In this document: positions 37,501 to 50,400 of the stretch, piece after piece
Layout of the letters: every line of letters begins with the position of its first letter
How positions within the stretch are numbered: position 1 is the first letter of the stretch
From: Cyanophora paradoxa CCMP329
Taxonomy: Eukaryota; Plantae; Glaucophyta
Length of the DNA: 64,000 bases
Assembly: GCA_004431415.1 (NCBI GenBank)
Contig: QPMI01000522.1
Span: 124,001 to 188,000 of the forward strand
Reading direction: 5' to 3'
The notes under the pieces: model-generated
What the model was told of the DNA's origin: nothing
Databases searched by the model: none
The model's input: only the letters and a program-made list of their open reading frames with translations
Position numbers and translations under genes: made by a program

Positions 37501-40500
37501 TGACGCGCGGGGGCGCAGAACGACAAGGCGAAGTCGCAGCTGTACTACATGAAGGCGGACGAGGTGGAGGAGAACGAGTCCAAGACGGCGTCGCTCTCGG
37601 CCTCGCAGTCGCAGAGCCAGTCGCAGAGCCAGTCGGCCGGCGCGGGCGCGCAGTCGGCGTCGGAGTCGCAGTCGGCCTCGTCGGGTGCCTCCTCCTCGGC
37701 GGCGGCGAAGAAGCGGGCGATGACAAAGGAGCTGAAGCTGCGCTCCAACGAGACGCGGGCCGTCACGAAGCTCTTCTGGGGCGTCATCCTCGGCCTCCTC
37801 TTCCTCGGCGCCGTCTCCTGCTCCATGTTCATCGGTGAGTGCTCGTCTGAAAACGTGGCCACGCGTTTTCCGTCCGTTTCTCGACGCCGGCGCTCATCCT
37901 TTCCGTCTTGTTTTGCAGTGGTGAAGATCATGTTCGTGCAGTACGACCAGGCCCTCACGCGCCTCCGCACCATCTCCTTCCAGCGCCGCCGCGTCGTGGT
38001 CCGTCGAAGTCGATTTCGCGCGCTCCGCCAGCCGCGCCCTCGGCTGACGCCACGCCGCCGCGCCGGGCGGGAACGAACGAACGCAGGCGGTGAACAACAT
38101 GGTGCGGTGGATGAACCTCGGCTCGCTGCGCAACAACACGGCGCTCTACTCGCACTGGGCGAGCGAGGTCGGCATCCGCTCCAAGGACTTCTCCCAGGAC
38201 CACCACGGCCTCTAGTGCGCCCCGGAAGAGAAGCAGCCTTTCTTTCATTTATCACGTCTCGCCTCACGCTTCGCGCGCGCTCGGCAGCTTCGGGTACACG
38301 GACAGGGTCCTGCCGGCGAGCTCGGAGGGGGCGGTGCGCGAGTTCTGGGGCAAGCCGGTCCTCAAGGTCGTGAAGCACTTCCCTGGGCCCCCGCTCTACG
38401 AGATCTCCGAGAAGCAGTCCATCTGGGACGCCGGCAACGAGATGTCCGCCCGCCCCGGCCCCGCTCGCTTCGATGTCCCGCCCGAATCCGCCCCGCTGAC
38501 GCTTCGGCGCCAGCATGATCGCGTGCAAGCGCATCAGCCTCATGCACATCGACCAGTTCAAGGGTCCGCCGCCCATCTCGGCGCCCTCGCCGCCCCGCCC
38601 CGCCCCGCCCCGTCCCGGCGGCGCCTCACGCGCGCCCCGCGCCGCCCCGCAGATATGCAGAAGCTGAAGGAGGCGAAGTTCGTCTTCCAGAACGCCCTCT
38701 TCGGGGTGCGCATGCGCGCCGGCTCCCGCGCGCGCCCCGCGTCTAGATCTGATCATGATCGCGCCGTAGATCCTGGACGGCTTCAACGAATTCACGACCC
38801 TCTTCGAGGAGGAGGCGAGCTCACGGCCCTGCAGACCCCGATCGATCGCTCCCCTCTCATAAACGCGGCGCGTGCGCAGCTGATGGGGACGATCGAGAAG
38901 GCCAAGTGGATCATCCTCGCCGTCTGCCTCGTCGCCCAGTTCCTTCTCATCGGCGAGGCCCTCTTCGTCTTCCGGTGCGGAACCCCATTCGTTTGTTCTT
39001 TCGTAGGGCCTTCCAAACATCTGCCGGCAGGCCGAGCTTCAAGGCGGTGCGGCTGACGATGCGTGGCGTGTCGGACATCCTCGTCGGAATGCCCCGCGCC
39101 CGTGCGCCCGCCGCCCCGCCCCGCCCCGCCCTAGGCCTGCCCTCTAACTCGAGTTTCCGCAGTGGTGAAGCAGACGGCCAAGTTCTACAGCAAGGCCCAC
39201 AAGCGCGACAAGGACAAGTGCGCCTACTACAACTTTAAAACGCAATAATCGTCCAAGAAGCGGCGGCTAACTAATTCGCATGTTTCCTTGACGCAGCGAC
39301 GGCGAGTCGAACAGCGACGACTCCAAGTCGCACTCGGGGAGCAGCAGCGACGAGGGCAAGTCCAAGGGCTCCGGCTCCTCGGACCGCAGCGACGCCAGCG
39401 ACGACGAGGAGGGGCGCCGGGCGGCCCGCCGCAAGCGGCGCGTGTCGCGCAAGAAGAGCACCGCGCGCACCGACGAGGGCGACGAGGAGACGGTCAAGGG
39501 CGACGACGAGACCGCCAAGGGCGAGACGTCCGCCGAGGAGGAGGAGGAGGAGGACGCGAAGAAGAAGCGGGGGAAGCACCGCAAGTCCAAGGACAAGGAG
39601 GAGAAGCACCACCACCACCGCAAGGGCCGCAAGGGCAGCAAGGCCGGCAAGGAGGCAGAGAAGGGCGGGAGGGGCCGCGGCCGCTCGGAGTCGGAGGACG
39701 CGGCGGAGATGGAGGCCGAGCTCGAGAAGGCGCGCGCGCGCGCGCTCAGACGCGGGCCGTCGCTGCGCAGCGCTCACGCCGGGGCCGCATTCGCAGGGGC
39801 GCGTGAAGGCGGAGCCGGTGCTGCTGGGCGCCGTGGCCGAGGAGGGGGGGCGACCCCGCTCCTCGGGCTCGGCCGGCTCGGCCGGCAGCGCCGCCAAGAA
39901 GGGCAAGCCCCGCGCCCTCGAGGTGCGCCCCCCGGCTCGATTCAGCTCCCAATGAACGCTTCTGATAAATCAACGCCGCATGCGCAGGGGGCGGAGGCGG
40001 CGCCGGCGGTGGTGATGAAGATGCAGGCGACGCTGCTGGAGGAGGAGGCCGAGGGCGACGGCGAGACCCGCGAGACGTGCGCGCCCGCGCCGTCGCTGTG
40101 GCGGGGCCGAGCTCACGGACCCGGTCGGCGGCGCAGGACGCCGAGCTTCCAGCGGCTGGCGCCGGGCGACGGCGAGGAGGCCGACGCTGCGGCGGGGGCC
40201 GGCACCGACCGCTCCGCCGCGAGCCGCATCGTGCGCCCCGAGCCGAATCCCGAGCCGGCGGCGGCGCGGCTGACGGGCTGGCGGGCAGGTGATGCACTCG
40301 CTGAACGTGGGGCACGACCCGGACGACGTCAAGATCGAGAGCGGGGTCATCGTGAGCCCCAAGGAGGCCCCCAGACGCTCCAACCTCAAGGAGCTCGGTC
40401 CGCCCCGCCCCGCCCTCTTGTGTGTTTGAAAGATATTATTTCAGCTTCTCTTATGTGTTTCTTCTTGATTCTTCAGGCCTGGCGGAGCTGGACGACCTCT

Positions 40501-42807
40501 TCGACAAGATCCGCGAGGGCAAGGACGACGGGAAGCCGCTCCGCAAGGGCGACCCCGACGCCAAGCCCGGCAAGAAGGCCCGCCGCTTTTCCTTGTTTGA
40601 GATGTACGGCGCGGCTGACGCGGGCGGGCGGGCGGGGCGCGCAGGGCAAGAAGTACGCGGCGCCAGCGGCGGACTCGGACGCGGGGAGCGACGGCTCGGC
40701 CGCCTCGTCGCGGCGCGCCGGCGGCGGCGCCGGCGCCGGCGGGCGCAGCGCGAACAGCCTCGGCCTCCAGATGCAGCTGCGGCCGCCCCGGAGGCGCTCG
40801 GTAGAGGCCGGGGCCGCGCCGGCGGGGGCGGGGCAGGGCATCCTCCGCAAGCCCTCGATGGACGAGAAGCAGATGGTGGAGGCCGTCAAGGGCGCCGAGG
40901 CGGAGGGCAAGGCCAAGGGCGACAAGGCCGAGCAGGAGGCCGACGAGAAGGCGCGCCGCCCGCCGCCGCCTCCTCGAGGCGCCCCTAAGCCCGCCCCGCA
41001 GAAGAAGAAGAAGGAGGAGGAGAAGAAGAAGAAAAAGGCAGCCAAGGCGGCGGCGGCGGGGGAGCGGGAGGGCCACGGGCCCGACGTCCTCGACCTCCTC
41101 ACCCGCAAGTGTACGCCCCGCCCCGCACCGGCGCCGCCCTGCTTTGTTTGTTCCTCACTATAAGCGCAGACATGCTCTCGTTCATCCTGATCGGGGGCAT
41201 CTTCATCGCCAACTTCCTCATCTGCTTCTTCATCCTCGACGCCGGCAAGAACTTCGCCTTCGAGATCAACCTCGCCGGCCGCGTGCGCGGAATCAACCCC
41301 CGCGCGCGACGCTCGAGCCAACGCTGACGGCGCGGCACACGCAGCGGCGGTCGATCGCGCGCGAGGTGGCCTTCTACACTCGGGAGCTCTACATCAACGA
41401 CGGCATCTTCCTCGAGCGCGACGACATCTACTTCCGCCTCGTCAAGAAGGCGAGTTCCTATGTGATTTACACGACGGATTTCTATGTCACTTGACGGATC
41501 GATTTATATGTTACTTGATGGATTTCTATAAATGTTACATTAATATTTGAGATGTCCGCTTGGTTTGTGTGTTATTAACGGAGGTCGTCTGGGGCAGGTG
41601 GCGCTCTTCAAGGAGATCCACCAGGGCCTCAAGTCGGGGGACCCCTCCCTGAACGTCTTCGGCGCCGACGGCCGCAACAAGGCGCGTGCCGCCGGCGCCG
41701 GACCCAGATCCAAATCTAGAGCTGACTCGGACGGGCCCTCGCGCGCGCGCAGGAGCTGGACAAGGTGATGTACGACGCGCCGCAGTGCCTGCGCCTCGCG
41801 GAGTCGAAGTGCACGAAGGACCGCGTCGAGGACCTCGAGCTCGTCGACAAGTGCGCTCGGCTCGAGGCATCGAGGCGTAGCTTGGCTGAGCTCGAATGCA
41901 GCGGGCTGGACGCGCTGGTGATGGGCGTGCTGGACCTCGTCATCGCCATCATGCAGGAGACCACCCCGGACCTGCTGCTGACGGGCAAGGAGGACCCCTC
42001 CATCGTCGTGGTCCGCACCGGCCCGCCCTGCCCCCGCGGCTGCGCAAAAGAAGCTTAAGACATCATGATCATGAGAGATGCGAGAACGCTGACGCGCGGG
42101 GCCCGGCCGGCGAGCAGAAGAAGAACTACTTCAACATCAACTCGAAGAACCTCGACCTGATGATGGAGGCGAGCCGGCCCCGGCCCCGGCCCCGCGCCCC
42201 GCGCCCCGTTGCAGCGCCCCGCTGATCTCGCGCCCGCCCGCCCCGCCCGCAGATCGACGACGGGGACCTGGACGACGGGCTGAACCGCGCGGCGGCGGCC
42301 TTCGTCACGGAGGCGATCAACTCGATGTCCATCATCGAGCTCATCGAGGTCCGCTCTCGTTGCATCTGTGCTCAAGCTTCTCGAATAAATCTCAAGCTTA
42401 AGCTTAATATGGTTTCTAATGTTTCGCGGGGGCTCTTGTACGGTTTTTCACACCTGTTTCGCAGGCGCTGATCCTCGCCTTCAACATCGTCTTCCTCGGC
42501 TTCCTCTACAGTCCGCCCTAGCCTTTAGTTAGCTCTGACGCTCTCGGAGCTGACGCGCGCCCCTCTTTCGGCGCAGTCTACCTCTTCGCGCCGATGCTCT
42601 CGCGGCTGCGGGAGGAGTCGGGCCGCACGGGCCAGATCCTCCGCATGCTCCCCAAGGACGTCGTCATCAAGGTCCGCTCCGCTTGTTTCGCCCGTTGTTT
42701 CAAACCGTTTACATGCCTTGCATCGCCCCCCTCTTCTTACATGGGAGCAGTGCCCGCACCTCCACATGTACTTTGTCGGCATCCGCGGCGACATGGACGA
42801 CGAGTAG
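34590..42807 (+). CDS. TmcB/TmcC-like (tiny macrocysts family) multi-pass membrane protein with TPR-like region; no PAS domain seen
   Basis: N-terminal multi-TM region (LKTLPSYRRFMNYIRGG); GIEQFPSSAYIQLQYAHFL; FWATL..AEVAYTSLLKR..ILLRAYASFLEQ..YYMKADEVEE; INLAGR..REVAFYTREL; C-terminal YLFAPMLSRLREESGRTGQILRMLPKDVV. Start tentative; stop at 42807. Confidence 0.8.
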
Positions 42808-43770
42808 CCGCCCCGAGGCGCCTCTCGCGCCGGGGTATATATTATAGTACAGCTGCCGGCGACGGCTTCTGCGTCAGCGTCCAATCCGTATATGCATATG
42901 TGGCCGGTCCGGTCCGGCCGGGCCGCGGAGCCCATGCATATGGCGAGCCCGGCCCTCCGTCTCGAGAGATCTAGATGTCCGGCTCCGGCGGCTTCCCACC
43001 GTACCTATAGCTAGTATGTATGTAGTTATCGTTTAAAGCTTAAGCTTCATGATCAGCGCAACAGCGCGTCATTTTACTTACCTAATTATATAACTATAGC
43101 TACGTATACAACATGTACAGCCTATATACTAAACGTCGACTCGGCGATATCTAAACCTCGACGCAGCGATATCGATTTCGATATGGATATCGCGCTCTCT
43201 TATGTATATGTGTACATTTTCCAATTGCTCAGATTGTTTTCCTTTTGGGCATCGGTCGATAGAATTCGAATTGCGAAGCTTGCATTCAATTTCTCATCAT
43301 GCGCAAATTTTACGCGCACACGGCGTGCGTTCAGATGCGTCGTAACACGTAAGAAATCTAAGAACAAGTTAGGTACTTTTACGGTTACTCCCGTGGCTCG
43401 AGAGTACTACGGTAGCAATTGCAAAGCGATGGGACAATATTCAGTTCTAATTAATATTGATCAATAGCTTGTACAGGTCCTGTTTTGAACACACCAGCTG
43501 CACGTGGCCATGGGGGTCAACGTCAACGTTGCCCAGGCCCGCTTGAGATTCAGAAGTTGAGAACGACAGCTGCAGGCCAAGGGACCTCGAACCCCTCATT
43601 TAATTTGATGATTTCACATGTCACATGTACGTATACAGGAGCCACAGGCTGTGCTCAACGGGAACGTTAACGGTGCCATGGTCGACCGCGGAAATGCTCG
43701 TCGACGTCGACGCGTACGACCGCGGGTGGCGATTGCAATTGCAACATTTAGCTATAGTGGGTAGGGTCGA

Positions 43771-44426
43771 TCACGACTCGCGATCGCTGCTGACCGCCGT
43801 CGACGTCGACGTCTTCGGATCCGGATCGGGGTCCGGCCCCCGCGGCCGGGGCCGCAGCCGCTGCGCGGCGGCCGAGAGGGCCGCCTGCAGCTCCCCCGCC
43901 CGCACCGGCTTCTGCATGCGGCCGCGGCCGGCGCGCTGGTGAATGTTCGAATCCCGAGCGGCGCTGGGCTCCGATCGAGCTCGGTTACGGTGCCAATCGA
44001 TTCGAGTACGGCCTAAATACACCGATCGCGAGGCCTTCACGGTTTAGTTTACATTGGCGCGCGCACCGCGAGGAAGGCGTCGTAGCCGGCCTCGGCGCAC
44101 TCCCGCCGGTCGTGGGCGCCCACGTTGGCGGAGAGGGCGATGGCGTAGGGGACCCGTGCGGGCGGCAGCTCGGCCCGCATCCGCCGCAGCGACTCCAGCC
44201 CGTCCATCTCCGGCACTGCAGAGGGCGGAGCAGATATTATTTGATATGAATCGCATTGGACGGAAGCGAAGCTTAAATAATTAAGATCGCGAGTGCGCCC
44301 CCACAGCGCAAACGTTAACCCCACTGGCAAGAGCGCTAGCATTTGCATTTTGCAAGATCGCTTTCGCTCACTCATGATGTCGGAGAGGAGGACGTCGAAG
44401 GGGCGCTCGCCCCGCCCCTCGCCGAG

Positions 44427-44458
<32 letters not shown>

Positions 44459-47400
44459 GGGCGGCCTCGAGGGCGCGGCGGCCGTCGCCGTAGCCGAGCT
44501 TCCGCAGCTGCATGACCACGATCCTCGCGTTCGTCTGCGCGCGCGCATATGCATGCCGGCCACGCCAAGGCGCCGCTCATGATCAGGAGACGGGCGCTTA
44601 AGCTTGCATTGAATTGCAATTGTGAACGCCGTCGTGAATAAATATGCAAATTAAACGACAGCCCCGCAATGGAGTCCGCGTACCGGCGTGTCCTCTGCGA
44701 AGAGGATTCGCGGTATGAACGCAACCTCCGCCCCAGGGCCCGGGCTGGCGCCGCCCGCTAGCGCTTTCGCGGCGGTGTGTTCGGCCGCCTGCCTCCCCGT
44801 CTCCCCCTCTGCCAGCCGGCGCCGGCCCTCCCCGATCGATATCGCGATCCCTGCAGCAGCTGCAGCAGCAGAAGGCGCCCGCTGCGGATTCGAGTGCAGA
44901 TCAGCGGCCGTGTGTGGCTCGAGCTCCTGTTTCGGTTCTGGCACCGCGGGCCCTGCAGCTGTCGATCCGGAGGAGCTCTGGGGGGGCGGAGATTGCGGCT
45001 CGGCCTCCGCCCCCGATCGCGAATCGCCCGAGCGCGCCCGGACCGCCTCTGCGAGTCATATGATCAGAGTCGACGTCGTAGCCAGGTGAGGCGGCGATCG
45101 CGGGGTGGAAACTTGAAAGGACCGCCGGCCGTGGGTTGGGCGAAGAGCCGTCGGAAAACGCATGTATATGTAACGCAAACAAATTCGGAAACGCTCGCAC
45201 CGGCGAGGTTCTCGTGGAGGACTGCCTCTGCGACGGGCATGCGCAGCGAGACGACGTGCGGCCGCACGTACGCTGCGGCAAATTCGATTATGCGGCGTAT
45301 TGACATTGCAAAACCAACGGGGGCGCGTCAAGTTCAAGAAGCTTTTTGTTTTTTGAAGAGAGAGATCTTTTAAGAGAGCTGGGCGCACGGGGGTCGATCT
45401 GGAGGGCGACGCGGAGGAGGAGGAGGGCCGGCGGGGCCCCGCCGCGGCCCGGGTCGACGTCTGCGCGTGTGCGCATGCGGGCCAGCTCCGCCACCGCCCG
45501 CTCAACGAGGTCCAGAAGGGCCTGCGCGCGGCCGCGGGCGCGGGCGCACCAGCGCGTCAACTCTTGATTTGCAAGCCCGACATTAATATTCTAGATGGGA
45601 GATAAGGTGCGATCTTGTCAGGGGGCCGTGGGGGGGGTGGGAGGAGGGGGGGGGGGAGGGGGAGGGGGGCGGACCTCCGGGGGCAGCTCGAAGGGCATGA
45701 AGAGGGCGACGGCGGCGAGGAGGGGGCCCCGCCCGGCGTCCACCTCCCCCCGCACCGCCTGCCGACGCCGAATTCAGAGTAGAATCGCGCGCCAACGTCT
45801 ACGCTTGATCTTAAGGACATGGAAGCTGCCTATAGCTAATTATAAGCGGACCTCGAGGACGGCCTGGGGGCGGCGGGCGTGGAGTACGCGCATGCCCCAG
45901 CGCTCCGCGTCGCCGGAGATCGTCCGCCCCCACACTTCTGCCCCGCGCACAGTTCCAGTAAATCGATCAATTTAAACTCGTCCGAATTCGAATTCATGAT
46001 CAAACCGCACCCTCATCGAACGCGGCGATGAGAGTCTTGCCGCGAAGTATCGGGTCGGGGCTCAGAGGGCCCTTCTGCGGCCCAACCGGTATTATCCCGC
46101 TAAAGTCAGCCGAAAACGTTTACGATCGATTTGCAACTGGACGAGCGCTCAACGCGGACGAAATTTAAATCAGCGAGCTGATTATGAGCAGAATTCGAAG
46201 ATCTAGAGGGGGAGTATATGAAATAAAATATTGCTCGAAATAAATATTCGCCGAGCAAACTCAGCGAGCTGCGCTGAAGATCTAGAGGGAGCGGATGGAA
46301 GCGGGCGCTGGGGCCACGTGGGGCGCACGAGGCCGCGCTCGACGGCGTCGGCGGGGGAGAGCACCGCCGCCCGGAACGTCACCGCGAACGTCGAGCCTGC
46401 CAGGCGGGTCAGCTCTAGACCTGGGCCGAGGCGGGGGACCCGGGGGCACCGGTGCCCGGGGTGGAGGCGACGGCGATCTCGCCGTCGAGGGCGCGGGCGA
46501 TGCCCTGCGAGATGTACAGCCCCAGGCCCGTCCCTGCGCCGCGGGCCTGTGAGACATGCAAGTCGCGCAGAGGCGGCGGGTGGGGGGCGGGGGGCGGGGG
46601 GCGGACCCGGGTGGCGGCGGGCCTTGGAGGTGTCGAGCTGCCCGAAGAACTCGAAGAGGCGCCGCTGCTGATCCGCGGGGATCCCGCACCCCGTGTCTGC
46701 ACCGCGTTCAACGTATTAATATTGTGTCTTGTGCACATGTAACCGGATCGCGGGGCGCGCGGGCGGACCGGTGACGGAGATGCGGAAGAGGTGGCGGCCG
46801 TCAGGGCCCGGGCAGCCCTCCGCCTCCACCTGCGCATGCACCACGGGCGTGTGCCCAGCTCGAGGCGGCGCTGCCCGGCCGGAGGCCTAGGGCGCCCGGG
46901 GCGGGGCAGTCCTAGGGCGCGCGGGGCACCTCAACCACGATGCGGCCCTCGTCCGCAAACTTCGCCGAGTCTGCAGAGAAGCGTCGGTGCCGGTGCAAGC
47001 GCAGCCGGGGGCTCGAGGGCGCGCGGGTTAGGGGGCCCGGGCGCACTGCCGATGAGATTGACGACCACCTGCGCGCGCGCGAGGACCGGATCCCCGGAGC
47101 GCAGGGCGTGGAGTCAATTGCGGGGAGCAATCAATATTCGCCAGGTTTATCCCGAATAAGCGTTCTAGATCTATCTGCCTACGCGCGAAATTAGAGTTTC
47201 GAAACCAATTTCGCGCCTGGCGGAGGCGGCCCCTGTCGGAGACGATGAAGCGCGGGAAGTCCCTTTCCAGCTGCGCGCACGGGGGAAAGCGGGGGAAAAT
47301 AAATCCGAGTGGCCGCGGCCGTGGCCTAAAGGCAGCGCACCGCGAGCTGCAGGGCGATGCTTTTCTGGGCCGTGACCTGCCCCGCCGCCGCCCAAGATCA

Positions 47401-50400
47401 GGGAAGTGTGGGTAGGACCTCAGCTTTTACTTGAATCGCGCCGCGCGGCGTGGAGGGGAGGGGTGGGCGGGGCGGGCGCGCCGGCCACATGACGTCGACG
47501 ACCTCCTCGAGGCAGGCGCGGAGGCACATGGGGGCGGGCGCCACGCGCACCGCCCCGCCCCGCTCCAGCAGGCTCGCGTCCAGCACCTGCCCGCCACGGC
47601 ATCAGACAGACACTACGCTGCACAGGAGATGGAACGGGAACGATCGAGTAGAGCAATCCGATCACGGCCAGAGAAAGTTTTGCGGAGCTCAAAGAGAGAA
47701 TTCGAAGTGAATTTCGAAGGGCGGGCCCGGGGCGCGGGGGGCGAGGGGGGCGTGCACCTCGCCGACGAGGTCGACGAGGGCCTGACCCGAGGCCCGCGCC
47801 ATCATCAGGAACTCCCGCTGCGCTCGGAGGCGGCGGCGGTACAGTCAGAGGCCACGGCGGCGGTGGCGGTGCCAGGCCGCAGCTCGCAATCAGGCCGACG
47901 GGGACGAGAAAAATTAAAGCAGCCGTCCACGCGAAATTAGATGCGAGCTCGGGCGCGCCTGGATGGGGGAGAGGGGTGTGTCGAGGAGGAGATCGGTGAT
48001 CCCGAGGACCTGCGCATGCCCGTACCACCGTGACGACGGCGACGACGCAGCGCACGCGAAAACCACATATAGGGGTCCGTGGAATGTAAAGGGACCGTGA
48101 CCATTAAGAAGAAGGCCCGCGGAAATCATAATGAACTTGGTCAGAGGGAGGCGCGAGCTCGCCAGGGCGCGCGCACAGCCTGCATGGGCGTGCGGAGCTC
48201 GTGTGTGACGACTGCGGAAATTCGAATTCGTTTCGGGAATTCGTCTCGCGGAGCGCGCCGGGGCGCCGACGGACCGGAGAGGAAGTCGGACTTGGCGCGG
48301 GCGGCCTGCTGCGCCTGCTGCACGAGCCGCGCCTGCCCCAGCGCGATCCCAACGGCCTGCGCGCCGGGCCGGGTGGAACTCAGCTTTGGCTGCGCGTGCG
48401 GCGCCGCTGGGTGGGCTGCTGGCACCTGGCAGACGTCCTCGAAGAGGGCAATGTCCTCGTGGCAGAGGCGGCAGGCGCGCCCCGGCTCCAGCCACAGCAC
48501 CGCCACCTGAGGCAAAAGCTTAATTCTAAGAGATCGACATCGCGAAAACCGCCGCGCGAAAACTGCCGCGAAAATAAGCGACGTAGGAGCGGCGCACGAG
48601 GCCGTTGACGCGGCCGCCAGCGGAGGTGGCCTTGAAGAGGCCCGAGCGGATGCCGAGCTCGTCGACTTTCCGGACGACCCGCTCCTCCGCGAGGCGGCCG
48701 GGCCCCCGCGGCTCCTCGCCCGCCCACGCCTGCGCCTCCCGCAGGTCCGCCACCCGCAGCGTCGCCCCGCTCGCCGCGCACGCCTGCAACAGAAAGACGA
48801 AACTCGTAATCAATCTCAAGTGATAGATGACGAGGAGGAGGAGGAGGAGGGGGAGGAGGAGGAGGAGGAGGAGGACGAGGCCCGGAGCTCGAGGAGGCCA
48901 TTCGAAATCCCGCGAAATTCAATTCGGGAAGTTAAGGGCACCCGCATGCGGTTGGCGAAGACATCGGCAAAGGAGGCGTCCCGCACGTGAAAGACCTCCC
49001 GCCCGAGCTCCGACACCGCCATGTCCACAACCTGCCGAGCGCGCGCGCGCGTCGGCTTCACGTTGCGGCCAAAGATGAAGTCCCCCGGCTCCCGATCGCG
49101 AGCCAAGTCAAATGAAGACCGCGACGCCTTTGTGCCGGATTGGAGATGCGAACCTCGAGAGCGTCACCCTCCAGCGTGAGGATGTGCGCGTTGTCCGCCC
49201 CCAGCGCCTCCCGCAGCCGCTGTCCCGTGCTCTCCACACTGCGCGCGGTGGAGAATTCGAAGTCGATCCTAAGAGGCGGCGGCGGCGCGGCTAGCGCTTT
49301 GGCCAAATGCGCACATCTGGTACGGGTTCAGAGTGTCGCGGATCTCGCTCGTGATCGAGCGGACGAGGTTCGAGCGCTGGAGCTGCGGGACAGTCGGAGT
49401 TATAAGAGCAGCCGACGCAACGATTGGCATTAATGGATCTAGAGCAGCCGAAGTGGCCTTGATTAAACGGGTATCTTTCGAATTCTGCGCGCGCGCGCCT
49501 CGGCCTGCAGCATGCGGTTCTTCTCGTGGATGTCCATCAGCAGCTGCTCCTGCCCCAGGGCGTGCCCGATGCTGTCGCACAGCGACTGCCGCCCGGCGGC
49601 TTCGAATTCAGAAGAAGAGCGGGGGCGGCTCGAGCTCGAGCTCGAGCTCGAGCTCGAGGCCAGGGGGCGCGCGCGTGCACGGACTTCGAGGATGGCGATC
49701 TGGTGCTCGGAGGCGGCGCGCCCGTCGGACCAGCCGACCATGATGATCCCGGTGATGCTGCCGCCCCACTGCACGCGGAGCGCGCGGCGAGCGGTACGGC
49801 ATATCAACGAAGGGCTGCTTTTCAAGTTTCCGCACTACATCTTGAAGGCACCTCGGTCGCGCGGCAGATGCCGGACCGAAGATAGATTTGTTGGACGTTG
49901 CGCACGAGGGAGCCCATAGTGCTCTGCAAAAAATTGGGACCCGGATCCGTTCTTGCCAAGTTCTAAGCCCGTTGCGAGCTCAAGCGCACGGAGTTCTCGC
50001 CCGGCCCGCCTCCATCAAACTCGGGCAGGAACGAAGTCCAGTCCTTCGAATTCGCAGGAAATTTAATTAAAGCTTTAGGGTCCAGTACTGTAGCAGATAA
50101 GTAGAAGGTATTAAGCGTCTGGTTAAATCCGGGCAAGGCCCAGATATAGTCTAGGGGTTTGTAACCAGAGGCCTAATAACAGAGTAATTACAGACCTGGA
50201 TCTCTGATCCCTGACGATGTTCCCTTAATGCTTAGCCCGCCCCTGATGTGCTCCCAAGTTGCAGATGCAAAATGGCAGAGTTTCGCTGCTAATATTTCGA
50301 GGCTGTGCGCCTCACAAGGAATGACAACTTTGGCAGGCCAGCGGCTACTTATACTAGCCCGCGTTGCAAACTAGCAAGTATTTTCTAGTTGTTGAGCATG

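Noticed and set aside
50200-50320. Possible hammerhead ribozyme in the LTR (retrozyme-like)
   Set aside because: CTGACGA and the stem+GAAA element lie on opposite strands, so no complete core can be formed.
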